Shown here in pieces: positions 1-9,321 of a DNA stretch of 64,000 bases (position 1 is its first letter; the number at the start of each line of letters is the position of its first letter). A program made the position numbers and the translations under genes. Source of the DNA: an uncultured bacterium (lineage in GTDB: Bacteria; Hydrothermota; Tepidihabitantia; SM23-42); contig CBFDDH010000006.1 of NCBI GenBank assembly GCA_965603515.1, positions 20,761 to 84,760 of the forward strand, read 5' to 3'. The notes beneath the pieces are model-generated. The model was given only the letters and a program-made list of their open reading frames with translations, was not told the DNA's origin and made no database searches.

Positions 1-396
1 CTCTTGCCGTTTGATCTTGTCTTTTTGCGGACCGCAGTATTCATTCTGACGATCGCTTCACTCGTCCAACTCGTTGAGATGTTCTTGAAAAAATCTTACC
101 GGACCCTATATAATGCTCTGGGTATCTATTTGCCGTTGATCACGACCAACTGCGCAATCCTCGGTGTTACTTTCTTGACTATCGACAACAAGTTCAATTT
201 TTTGAACAGTACGATTTTTTCCATCGGTACAGGTCTTGGATTTATGGTCGTTATGATAACCTTTGCTGCAATCAAGGAGCGGCTTGACCTCGCGCCGATA
301 AACCCGTCAATAAAAGGATACCCCATTTCTTTCATCGCCGCAGGTTTGATGGCACTTGCCTTCTTAGGTTTCTCCGGTCTGTTCGGCTTAACGTAA
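1..396 (+). CDS. rnfA: Rnf electron transport complex subunit A (5'-truncated by window edge)
   Basis: Hydrophobic ORF with LVQLVEM..LY.ALGIYLPLITTNCAILG and LMALAF.GF motifs typical of RnfA/NqrE; frame open from base 1. Confidence 0.9.
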   Translation, partial: LLPFDLVFLRTAVFILTIASLVQLVEMFLKKSYRTLYNALGIYLPLITTNCAILGVTFLTIDNKFNFLNSTIFSIGTGLGFMVVMITFAAIKERLDLAPINPSIKGYPISFIAAGLMALAFLGFSGLFGLT

Positions 397-418
397 GACT
401 CAAGTTAAAAGCATTTCA

Positions 419-447
419 TTGACACAAAGATGATAATATGCTACAAT
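419..447 (+). promoter_or_regulatory. sigma70-type promoter
   Basis: TTGACA(419)-N17-TACAAT(442) with extended -10 TG; SD GGAGG at 481. Confidence 0.6.
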
Positions 448-489
448 GAAAGAGTAAGTACAGATCATTCCATAAAACAAGGAGGTTTC

Positions 490-2616
490 ATGTTCGTGAG
501 AAAGATTTTCGTTTGTTTAGTACTTTTCATAGCAATTCTTTTTGCCGAGATCATTACTGCAAGAATTACTGCTAACTCTTTGGAGTTTGATGAAAATACG
601 CCGATTATTCAAGGCTTTAACAAACTGCAGATACCTGGTACCCCTATTCTGCCGGCAAAGAGCATTGTACTTGCATTACCAGCTGGTGCCCGGGTATTCT
701 CAGTTGATGTGGACTATGAATTGCCTGAACAGCTGGGCAGTTTCGAATTGTCTATTTCTCCACCTGCTTTACCGCTCTGCGCTGATGAGAAAATCGTAAA
801 AGAGGCATTAGCAAGATATCAAGGAAATAAAGTTTTCCTGGAGACTTTGGAAAGCCCTTTTCCTGCCAAACCAGTTTACGTTTCAAAGATCAGTCATTTC
901 CGAAATATTCCTTTCATTAAAATAACCTATTTCCCACTCCTATACACCCATGATAATTTAAGCTTTTACTCAACTATCAATATCGCGGTTCACTATATAA
1001 AAGAACCTGCCGACAATAGAATTGCAGCTTGGGTTGATAAAGACGCTGCAATCTTCACTAACTGGGATGAGATAAGGGATTTTTACGAGGTTGGTGCAAG
1101 GCAGGATTCTTTCAACTATGTTATTATTACCAAAGATAATCTTTTCAGTGCGTTTGATAGTCTGGTTAATTGGAAGAATAGTCTTGGCTTCACTACTAAA
1201 TTAGTGAGTTATGATTCGATTATCACCCAGTACCCAGGTGCTCAAGCTGCTGATAAGGTCAGAAATTTTCTCATCGACAAGTACGAAATTTGGGGTATCC
1301 ATTATCTACTTATTGCCGGTAATATTGATATGATTCCGATGAAGCTATGTTTTCCTGATCCCGGGCATAACTATGATACGCCAACTGATTATTACTTTGC
1401 CGAGCTCACTGATGATTGGGATGCAGATGGCGATGGATACTACGGTGAATACGAAGAAGACAGCATTGGATTTGTGCCTGAAATCATGGTCGGTAGATTC
1501 CCCTTCAATGATCTTAGCACCTTGAGTTCTATCGCGCTAAAAACAGTGATTTTTGAAAGGGATACTGGTGCATGGAAGAACCGTGCTTTGCTTCTCGCTG
1601 CTTTTAATAATTTTGAGAACGAAGATGGTTTAGGTTGGCCAGATTGTGATGGTGCTGCACTCATGGAATACATGAAAGACAGCCTGCTTGCCGGCTGGAC
1701 TTGCACAAGATTATACGAAGAAGCTGGTTTATGCCCATCGAGCTATCCTCATGAACAGGCGCTAACCCAGAGCAATGTTATTGCTGAATGGTCAACCGGG
1801 AATTATGCGGTCACGAATTGGTCAGGGCATGGTAATCCAACCGGTACGTATCGGAAATACTGGGCTTGGGATGATGGTGATTCTATCCCCGAAAGTTTTG
1901 AAATGAATTGGGAGACGTTTATCGATATTTATGATCCTCCAACACTTGATAATGACCATCCATCGATTATCTTTGCAACATCTTGTAGCAATGCCGGCAC
2001 TGACGATAACCTTGCTCGTGCACTGATCGCTCATGGCGCTTCAGGGATTATTGCTGCGACGAGCTATGGTTGGTACACGCCGGGTTGGGAAGATCCTTCA
2101 ACCGGTAATATAATGTCGCTTGATTATTACTTCTACTACTATCTAATAAACCAAGGCAGGAAGGTTGGTGATGCCTTGTTTGACGCCAAGATGTATTATT
2201 TTAACTATCTCTACTTTCCTGACCCGTGGGCTGGTGATCCAGAGTGGACACCGCAGCAAAATATGCTCGATTACGTGCTCTTTGGTGATCCTGCTCTTGT
2301 TAGACAAGGCGTGGGCATTCAAGAAGAAGTAGTTCATAATACTCATGTGCCGGTCATCTGTTTTTACCCAAATCCAGCAAGAGCACATAGTTATATTGAT
2401 TTCACCGTATCATTTGATAGTGATCTTTCGATATCGCTGTATAATATCGCTGGTCAGAGAATGAGCACGGTGTATCAAGGGAAGATCAAGGCCGGTTATC
2501 ACACGGTAAATCTGATTCTTAACGATACGCCGAGTGGTGTATATTTTTTAAAGATGGAATTTATTGGACGTAAGGACAACTTCGTACAGGAACAAAAGAT
2601 CATTATCGTCCAGTGA
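490..2616 (+). CDS. Gingipain-like C25 family cysteine peptidase with propeptide and Por/T9SS-type C-terminal sorting domain
   Basis: Signal peptide; propeptide PG.P.LP; TDYYFAEL.DDWD, VGRFP, catalytic SGHG and TSCS motifs, LFGDP; C-terminal YPNP...YNIAGQ...SGVYFL..K tail. Start moved to the ATG after GGAGG. Confidence 0.85.
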   Translation: MFVRKIFVCLVLFIAILFAEIITARITANSLEFDENTPIIQGFNKLQIPGTPILPAKSIVLALPAGARVFSVDVDYELPEQLGSFELSISPPALPLCADEKIVKEALARYQGNKVFLETLESPFPAKPVYVSKISHFRNIPFIKITYFPLLYTHDNLSFYSTINIAVHYIKEPADNRIAAWVDKDAAIFTNWDEIRDFYEVGARQDSFNYVIITKDNLFSAFDSLVNWKNSLGFTTKLVSYDSIITQYPGAQAADKVRNFLIDKYEIWGIHYLLIAGNIDMIPMKLCFPDPGHNYDTPTDYYFAELTDDWDADGDGYYGEYEEDSIGFVPEIMVGRFPFNDLSTLSSIALKTVIFERDTGAWKNRALLLAAFNNFENEDGLGWPDCDGAALMEYMKDSLLAGWTCTRLYEEAGLCPSSYPHEQALTQSNVIAEWSTGNYAVTNWSGHGNPTGTYRKYWAWDDGDSIPESFEMNWETFIDIYDPPTLDNDHPSIIFATSCSNAGTDDNLARALIAHGASGIIAATSYGWYTPGWEDPSTGNIMSLDYYFYYYLINQGRKVGDALFDAKMYYFNYLYFPDPWAGDPEWTPQQNMLDYVLFGDPALVRQGVGIQEEVVHNTHVPVICFYPNPARAHSYIDFTVSFDSDLSISLYNIAGQRMSTVYQGKIKAGYHTVNLILNDTPSGVYFLKMEFIGRKDNFVQEQKIIIVQ

Positions 2617-2632
2617 GCGGGGAGTTAATAGT

Positions 2633-3202
2633 ATGGATATTTTTGAGGTAATGAAAAGGCGAAGGAGCGTGCGCAAGTTCACACCTCGAAAAATTGAGCG
2701 GGAAAAGATACTTCAGATCTTAGAGACAGCACGGATTGCGCCATCTTCGAGTAATCGTCAAGCATGGCATTTTGTAGTCATTGATGATAAATCGATCATT
2801 GAGCAAATACCTAAACAGGTCGCAATGGGCGACAAATTTATTATCAAATGGCTAAAAGATGCTCCGATGATCATTGCTGGGTGTTATACCAAGGCAATGA
2901 CCCATTATATCGCCCAACTCTTTGATCACGAGAATCATCTTGTCGATATCTCTATTGCCATGACCCATATTTGCTTGGCAGCTACGGCACTCGGCATTGG
3001 TTCTTGTTTTATTGGATGGTTTCATCACAAGAAGTTAAAGAAGTTGCTCGGCATACCCAACCGGTATAATATCGCCGTGCTCTTGGCATTGGGTTATCCA
3101 GCTGATGAGTCGATTGAACAAGGGATAGGAGGTATTGCCTCAGGACCGCGCAAGACACTCGAAGAGATTGTATCGTATAACAAATTCGGTGAGGAATTCT
3201 GA
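2633..3202 (+). CDS. Nitroreductase family protein
   Basis: RRSVRKF, APSSSNRQAWHFVV, GIGSCFIG, LALGYP; SD GGAG before ATG 2633. Confidence 0.9.
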   Translation: MDIFEVMKRRRSVRKFTPRKIEREKILQILETARIAPSSSNRQAWHFVVIDDKSIIEQIPKQVAMGDKFIIKWLKDAPMIIAGCYTKAMTHYIAQLFDHENHLVDISIAMTHICLAATALGIGSCFIGWFHHKKLKKLLGIPNRYNIAVLLALGYPADESIEQGIGGIASGPRKTLEEIVSYNKFGEEF

Positions 3203-3205
3203 AGA

Positions 3206-3505
3206 AGCCCGCTCTTTTTGCAAAAGAGCGGGGTTACAGCAATAATTATTTATGAAATGTCCGATGAATCGGACGACTACATTTTTTATCTGTGTTCCGC
3301 GAAGCGAGAATCCCGATTCCTTAATGCAAATAGTAAATGCAGAATCGGGATAATCTGTTCTTTATCACCGCCTGCTCCGTAAGTTGTCAAACATAAGGGG
3401 TAATCATAGATTTCTGGATTTCGCCCCCACCTTTATCCTCCTCCTTCGAGGGTGAGGAATTTTGTGGGTTGTGCTCTTTCTTTAAGGGGGAGGGAGAGGC
3501 GTGGT
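3206..3505. repeat. Cluster of REP-like palindromes between convergent genes (may also terminate transcription)
   Basis: Hairpin cccgctctttt/aaaagagcggg (3208-3233); GTAG-led hairpin GTAGTCGTCCGATTCATCGGAC on minus strand (3259-3280); IR atcccgattc/gaatcgggat (3310-3351); degenerate CCC-CACC..CCTC-type element (3424-3505). Confidence 0.65.
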
Positions 3506-4825
3506 TCAATACAATTCGAGATACTTATCATGCTCCCACTTTGATACCTGCGTTGAATACTCATCCCATTCTTTCATTTTAATATCATAGTAACGCTGGA
3601 ACAAAACATCGCCAAGTGCACTCTTTACCATTTTGCCGCGATGAAAATACTCGAGTGCTTCCCAAAGGGAGCGAGGCAGCAAGTCAATGCCTTTGGACTT
3701 GAGGACATTTGATTTAATTCTGTAGACATTTTCTTCAATGGGCTTTGGTGGTTTCAGATCACGCTGCATGCCGTCAATCCCAGCTTTGAGTACAGAGGCA
3801 AATAGCAAATAGGGATTTGCTGAGGGGTCACAGGACCGTAGTTCAATCCGCGTGCTGTCGTAGTTTTTTCGGCTTATGCGGGGTACCCGTATTAAAGCCG
3901 AGCGGTTCATTCTACCCCAACAAATATACACGGGAGCCTCAAAGCCAGAAACAAGCCGTTTGTATGAATTCACAAGCGGCGATGTTATAGCGCATATTTC
4001 TTTGATATGCTTGAGCACGCCGGCAAGGTAATTGTACGCAAGTTTGCTCAGACCATAGTTATCTTTCGGATTGCTGAATAAGTTTTTCTTCTTTTTGTAA
4101 ATGCTTTGATGTATATGCATACCATTTCCTGCAGCGCCGAATATCGGTTTTGGCATAAATGTCGCGTGCAAATAATATTCTTCAGCTACTTTCTTGATTA
4201 TCATACGCGCGGTCAGGATATTATCTGCTAATCTGAGTGCATCAGTGTAAGGAAGATCAATCTCGTGTTGACCACGGCCAACTTCATGATGACCAGCTTC
4301 AAATCCAATACCAAAATCCTGGAGCCGTTCGCACATCTTTTTTCGTATGCGCAGAGCCAGGTCACCACCCAAGTCAAAATAGCCAACCCGATCATGGGGT
4401 AATGGTAGTACTTTGTCATTATCGCGACGGAAAAGATAAAATTCGAGCTCGGCGCCGATGTAGTAGTCCATGCCTCTTCGTTTTAGCAGCTTAAGGTTGT
4501 TTTTTAGTATACCCCGCGGGTCAACGGGTGCAGGTTTATGGTCCGGTGCATAGACGTCGCAAATTAAGCGTGCGGTCCGTTCTTCTTCCCATGGAATGAC
4601 CGCAAAGGTTGCCGGATCTGGTTTGAGATACATGTCGCTCTCGAAAATTCTGCCAAATCCTTCGACTGACGAACCATCAAACCATATACCTTCTTTTAGA
4701 GCTTTGCGTATTTCGCGAACCGGGATCGTGACATTTTTCACCGAACCCAAGATATCGGAAAACCAAAGATCGATGAATTGAATCTTATTTTTGCGTACGC
4801 TTTTGAAGATCTGATCTGTTGTCAT
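3506..4825 (-). CDS. glnA: Glutamine synthetase type I family
   Basis: FDGSSVEGF..ESDM, HHEVG.GQHEI, ATFMPKP, GNGMHIHQS, NRSALIRVP, RIELRS.DPSANPYL. Confidence 0.9.
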   Translation of the reverse strand: MTTDQIFKSVRKNKIQFIDLWFSDILGSVKNVTIPVREIRKALKEGIWFDGSSVEGFGRIFESDMYLKPDPATFAVIPWEEERTARLICDVYAPDHKPAPVDPRGILKNNLKLLKRRGMDYYIGAELEFYLFRRDNDKVLPLPHDRVGYFDLGGDLALRIRKKMCERLQDFGIGFEAGHHEVGRGQHEIDLPYTDALRLADNILTARMIIKKVAEEYYLHATFMPKPIFGAAGNGMHIHQSIYKKKKNLFSNPKDNYGLSKLAYNYLAGVLKHIKEICAITSPLVNSYKRLVSGFEAPVYICWGRMNRSALIRVPRISRKNYDSTRIELRSCDPSANPYLLFASVLKAGIDGMQRDLKPPKPIEENVYRIKSNVLKSKGIDLLPRSLWEALEYFHRGKMVKSALGDVLFQRYYDIKMKEWDEYSTQVSKWEHDKYLELY

Positions 4826-4828
4826 TGA

Positions 4829-6484
4829 CTATCTCTGCTTTTTGCGTCTTGGCTTAGTTTTTTTCTTGATTGCTTTTTTCGCCTTCTTTTTTGTTATTTT
4901 CTTGGTTGCTTTCTTTTTCTTGCGCACCACCTTTTTCGTGGGGAAACGCTCGCAGATCGATTTTGCCTGAGTGAATAATAACATATAGTCTGGACCACCA
5001 GCTTTTGAATCAGTACCCGACATGTTAAAGCCGCCAAAGGGTTGGATGCCGACTAAGGCCCCGGTACATTTCCGGTTGATGTAGAAGTTACCGACAGATG
5101 CTTCTCTTTTTGCTTTCTCGATTTTCTTCCGGTTCTTTGTATAAACTGCTCCAGTAAGCCCATAAACAGTGCTGTTTGCTAATTCTATGGCATGGTCGAA
5201 ATCTCTTGCCCGGGTGACTGCTAATACTGGTCCAAAGATCTCTTCTTGGAAGATCCTGTGGTGTGGTTCAATATCCACTAATACAGTAGGTTTGATAAAC
5301 CAGCCGTCACCTGGCGCTGGTTCACCCCCGCATATAAGCATACCTTCAGATTTGCCTATTTTTATATATTCCAGGATTGAATTATAGGCGGTTTCATTTA
5401 TTACGGGTCCCAGATAATTCCCATAGTCTTTGACATGCCCGATTTTTATTGCTTCAACAGTGGGGATGAATTTTCTCATGAATTCATCGTAGATTTTGTC
5501 GTCAAGGATCAATCGCGAACAGGCAGAACATTTCTGTCCTTGCAATCCATATGCAGCTGCCCTGACACCATTTACAGCACTGTCAATATCGGCTTCTGAA
5601 TCGACAATAATAAAATCCTTACCGCCCATTTCAGCGATAACTCTTTTGATCCATATTTGACCGGGTTGTGTTTTTCCTGCTTGTTCAACGATATGCAGAC
5701 CAACCGCCTTTGAACCTGTGAAACAGATGAATCTTACTTTGGGATGCCTTACTAAATAATCAGCCGCCGGTTTGCCATGACCAGTCAAGAAATTCACCAC
5801 CCCGATCGGTACCTTTGCTTGTTCTATAATTTCCATGAACTTTGCTGCAATAGCAGGCGAATCCTCAGACGGTTTCATTATTACTGTATTGCCGTTAACA
5901 AACGCCGCGCTTGCCATGCCGCATAATATAGCAAGGGGAAAATTCCATGGAGCTATTACCAAACCAACACCGAGGGGGATATAAACCTGTTCGTTTTTTT
6001 CACCTGGGTATCTATGCAGTTTTGGCCCCTTAGCATATCTTAGAACTTCGGTTGCATAATAGTCACAAAAGTCAATCGCCTCAGCAACATCTGCATCTGC
6101 TTCAAGCCAGTTCTTGCCAGATTCATAAACCATCCATGCATCAAGTTCAAAACGCCTTTTCCGCATAATATTAGCGATCTTGAATAAATAATTTGCCCTG
6201 GTTTTAGCCGGTGTATAGCGCCAGGATTTGAAAGTCTCCAAAGCAACTTCCATAGCTCGGTCAGCGGTTGCTATGTCTGCTTCCTGAAACGTACCAATAA
6301 TTTCGTCCTTTTTTGAAGGATTATATGAATGGAATTTTTTATCTAATCTCACCCTTTCACCACCAATAATTATGCTGTACTCTCGACCAAACTGAGTTTG
6401 AACCAGGATCAGGGCTTTCTCCATCTTCTTCCGAATTTCGGGTTTTGTAAAGTCATTATATTTTTCAGTTCTGAACGTTTTCAT
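4829..6484 (-). CDS. pruA: L-glutamate gamma-semialdehyde (P5C) dehydrogenase with Lys-rich C-terminal tail
   Basis: EADADVAEAIDF, PWNFPLAI, FTGS, AEMGGK, GQKCSACSR, EEIFGP, NRKCTGA.VG.QPFGGFNMSGTDSKAGGPDY. Confidence 0.92.
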   Translation of the reverse strand: MKTFRTEKYNDFTKPEIRKKMEKALILVQTQFGREYSIIIGGERVRLDKKFHSYNPSKKDEIIGTFQEADIATADRAMEVALETFKSWRYTPAKTRANYLFKIANIMRKRRFELDAWMVYESGKNWLEADADVAEAIDFCDYYATEVLRYAKGPKLHRYPGEKNEQVYIPLGVGLVIAPWNFPLAILCGMASAAFVNGNTVIMKPSEDSPAIAAKFMEIIEQAKVPIGVVNFLTGHGKPAADYLVRHPKVRFICFTGSKAVGLHIVEQAGKTQPGQIWIKRVIAEMGGKDFIIVDSEADIDSAVNGVRAAAYGLQGQKCSACSRLILDDKIYDEFMRKFIPTVEAIKIGHVKDYGNYLGPVINETAYNSILEYIKIGKSEGMLICGGEPAPGDGWFIKPTVLVDIEPHHRIFQEEIFGPVLAVTRARDFDHAIELANSTVYGLTGAVYTKNRKKIEKAKREASVGNFYINRKCTGALVGIQPFGGFNMSGTDSKAGGPDYMLLFTQAKSICERFPTKKVVRKKKKATKKITKKKAKKAIKKKTKPRRKKQR

Positions 6485-6502
6485 TCAACCTCCTTAAGGT
6501 CT

Positions 6503-6530
6503 ATTATAGCCAGTAAAATCGCAAAGTCAA
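6503..6530 (-). promoter_or_regulatory. sigma70-type promoter of pruA-glnA
   Basis: TTGACT-N16-TATAAT on minus strand, followed by SD AAGGAGG. Confidence 0.75.
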
Positions 6531-6703
6531 GAAAATCGGAGGAATTTCAAAAAAGAATTTGGAATTCCTGATTACGGTGATAACAGAGAGATTACGGCGA
6601 TAATACAGATAGCAATATCGTCATATTCAATGCTTCAAGTAGGTTTTTCGTAGCCTACCATTGACTTTATTGGGCAATTGTATACAGTATTCAAGGAGGT
6701 TCC

Positions 6704-8269
6704 ATGATTACATTGCTATTTTTTCTAGTAAATCTTGATGTTTTTTCCAAAATCGATTCTGTAGTTATTTACAGTGATCGTGTGATAATCACAAGGCTCG
6801 CCAATGTGTACCTTGATAGATCTACTGATTTAGTGTTTGCTGATCTACCTGGAGCAATAGATGATGCATCAGTACGCGTAAAGGCAAAAGGGTTGAAGAT
6901 CGGTGAAGTCCAGGTAAAGAAAGGGTACAAAGATGAGCCTTACCCTGATGTCGAGAAGCTCAAGAGCAAGATCGAGGCTCTTAAGATAAAGGACCGGACC
7001 TATGCTGATGAAATTGCCGTATTAAAGGACAAGGAAAAATTTTTGCAGACGATCGCAATTGGCGGTCCAGAGGTTATTTCCAAGGAGATCATAACTGGTA
7101 AGGTATCGCCCCAGGCATGGCGTCAGGGTTTAAGTTTTATGGTCGATGAATTATTGAGTGCGAAAATGAGAATGGCCGAGATCGAACGCGTGCGTAAAGA
7201 ATTACAGGACGAGATCAATGTCTTCCAGCGTGAACTCAACGACATCAGGTCAATTGTGGAAAATCGAAAAACAATAATTTTTGATGGACATCCAGAAGGT
7301 GCTAAGAATTACCGAATACAACTCAGTTATATCCTTTATGGAGCGAGCTGGCGCACTTATTATGAGCTTAGAGCCCAGCCTTCAAAAGGTAATGTCGGCT
7401 TTTCTTACTTTAGTAAGGTCGCGCAGCGTACAGGTGAGGATTGGGAAAATACCAAACTGGTGCTTTCTACAGCTCAGCCGGCGCTCGGTGGCACAGCTCC
7501 TGTACCTACGCCGTGGTATATAGACCGTTACAGGTATCAAGAGCATAAAAGTCGTGGGTTGCTGGCGGCAAGGACTGAGGCGCCAATGGAAGAAATTATG
7601 GAGGCAGCGGTTACTGCGCCACCTCCAGCACCACCTGTAGAAGCTGGGGTTTCAATATGGTATCCTTTACCCGGACGGTATACAATAAAGAGTGGTGATC
7701 CAGAAAAGAAGATAGAAGTATTTAGCACTTCTTTTAAATCGGATTTTGAGTATTTTATAATACCCCGGATAACCCAACTCGCCTATTCAACGGGCAAGAT
7801 GAAAAATACGAGTGACTACTTGTTTATCGCTGGTCAGGCAGGGACATATGTGGGCGATGATTTTACCGGTAAAACGTATGTGCCAACGATTGCACCAGAT
7901 GAGTCGACCACGGTTTCCTTTGGGGTCGATGACCGGGTTAAGGTCAAGCGCGAACTGAAAAAATCAAAGGTTTCCAAAGGTGGTTTGTTCAGTGGTAAGA
8001 AAAAGTATGAATTCACCTATGAGAATACTGTCAAAAACTTCCATAATAAAAAGATTCAGTGTACTATTGTGGATCAAATTCCAATACCTCAGGATCCAGA
8101 TATCAAGGTGAAAGATATTAAGATCGATCCAGAACCATCTGAACATGACAAAGATATCGGCATTTACTATTGGAAAGTCTCGCTCGATCCAACAGAAGAG
8201 TACAAGGTTACGATTTCTTTTACAGTCGAAGCACCGGGTGATAGTGAAATCCAAGGGCTAATGCCGTAA
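6704..8269 (+). CDS. DUF4140/DUF4139 (mucoidy inhibitor MuiA-like) exported protein
   Basis: IDSVVIYSDRVIITR N-terminus, coiled coil, ASWR..YELR, Q.TGEDW....LVLSTAQP, FGVD.RVKVKR; SD AGGAGG. Confidence 0.85.
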   Translation: MITLLFFLVNLDVFSKIDSVVIYSDRVIITRLANVYLDRSTDLVFADLPGAIDDASVRVKAKGLKIGEVQVKKGYKDEPYPDVEKLKSKIEALKIKDRTYADEIAVLKDKEKFLQTIAIGGPEVISKEIITGKVSPQAWRQGLSFMVDELLSAKMRMAEIERVRKELQDEINVFQRELNDIRSIVENRKTIIFDGHPEGAKNYRIQLSYILYGASWRTYYELRAQPSKGNVGFSYFSKVAQRTGEDWENTKLVLSTAQPALGGTAPVPTPWYIDRYRYQEHKSRGLLAARTEAPMEEIMEAAVTAPPPAPPVEAGVSIWYPLPGRYTIKSGDPEKKIEVFSTSFKSDFEYFIIPRITQLAYSTGKMKNTSDYLFIAGQAGTYVGDDFTGKTYVPTIAPDESTTVSFGVDDRVKVKRELKKSKVSKGGLFSGKKKYEFTYENTVKNFHNKKIQCTIVDQIPIPQDPDIKVKDIKIDPEPSEHDKDIGIYYWKVSLDPTEEYKVTISFTVEAPGDSEIQGLMP

Positions 8270-8305
8270 GATATGGTTAAATCGTAAATAGTCAAATGGT
8301 ACGCT

Positions 8306-8604
8306 GAAATTACCTCTAGGTCCTCTCTACTTTTTGTAAAACATTGTCAATATTGTTTTTTTATAGCTTCATGATTCTTGTTATTGCGAGCGAATCCCGC
8401 CGATGAGCGGGATGAGCGTGGCAATCTCAATATACCTCGAATGAACAACAGCATGTTTTTTCAACGCTTTGCTTTATTTGGGAGATTGCGCAGCTTGTTC
8501 CGAACGTAGTGAGGAATCTCGTTCCTTCCGCCACTCAAAAGGCGGACAGGCGCAATGACAAATTAGTATTTCAAGAAAGTGGAGAGGAGTCAGAAATTAC
8601 CTCT
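8306..8604. mobile_element. MITE-like non-autonomous element with 12-bp flanking direct repeats and nested palindromes
   Basis: GAAATTACCTCT at 8306-8317 and 8593-8604; imperfect terminal IRs tcctctctacttt / aaagtggagagga; internal TTATTGCGAGCGAA..GTGGCAATCTC ... GAGATTGC..CGCAATGAC element. Confidence 0.6.
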
Positions 8605-8639
8605 CTTGACATATACAACAATATGATTAACATATTTTT

Positions 8640-9080
8640 ATGAAGAAGATATGTTGGTCACTTATTATTGTCTTTCTACTTTCCTGTGCGGCGGTTCAAG
8701 AACGGCTTGCCATAAAAGAATGTAAGTTCTCCCTCATTTCAGTAAAGCCTTATGACTTCAATTTTAATGATTTCAAGGTTGATTTCAGAATAGATGCCAC
8801 CAACCCCAATAAAATCGATGCGGTTCTTGATAAGTTGAAATATACCTTGTATGCAGATGATAAAGGATTAATCTCTGGTTCTACGGGTAAGGGGTTAAAG
8901 ATTCCAGCAAAAGGAACAAACAGCTTTATTACTACGATAACCCTTGAATACACTGAACTCGGCGAAGCAGTGATCTCTGCAATAAGATCTGGTAAGGCTA
9001 CGTACAAGGTAAAAGCAACTGCCTATATCCAGACAATAATCGGTGAAATCAGTTACCCAATAGAGATATCTCTGAATTAG
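8640..9080 (+). CDS. LEA type 2 (WHy domain) lipoprotein
   Basis: Lipobox LLSC, NPN motif, G...IPA; leaderless promoter TTGACA(8606)-N16-TAACAT. Confidence 0.8.
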   Translation: MKKICWSLIIVFLLSCAAVQERLAIKECKFSLISVKPYDFNFNDFKVDFRIDATNPNKIDAVLDKLKYTLYADDKGLISGSTGKGLKIPAKGTNSFITTITLEYTELGEAVISAIRSGKATYKVKATAYIQTIIGEISYPIEISLN

Positions 9081-9099
9081 GTAACTTTAGGATATTTCT

Positions 9100-9210
9100 C
9101 ACCCCGTACCTTATTTTGCTCAATGTCTACGCATAAGGCTCGCATTTTGTGGAATCTCCCAAATAAGCAGTGATTTATCTACATACTTGTACTGAACAAG
9201 GTACGGGGTG
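9100..9210. repeat. 111-bp element bounded by perfect 13-bp inverted repeats
   Basis: CACCCCGTACCTT (9100-9112) / AAGGTACGGGGTG (9198-9210). Confidence 0.7.
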
Positions 9211-9245
9211 CACGATTTTTGTGCAATAAAGACGAAATTTGTGCC
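9209..9245 (+). promoter_or_regulatory. NtrC-type enhancer-binding-protein site(s)
   Basis: TGCAC-N7-GTGCA (9209-9225) plus weaker aaGAC-N7-GTGCc (9229-9245), upstream of a sigma54 promoter. Confidence 0.6.
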
Positions 9246-9285
9246 GTATTAATTGTATTTCTCCCGAAATTACATAGCTTTTATT

Positions 9286-9301
9286 TGGCACGAGTATTGC
9301 A
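9286..9301 (+). promoter_or_regulatory. sigma54 (RpoN) -24/-12 promoter
   Basis: TGGCACG-AGTA-TTGCA, an exact match to TGGCACG-N4-TTGCW, 20 nt before the start codon at 9322. Confidence 0.85.
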
Positions 9302-9321
9302 TAATCATAAGGTAGAGGTGA

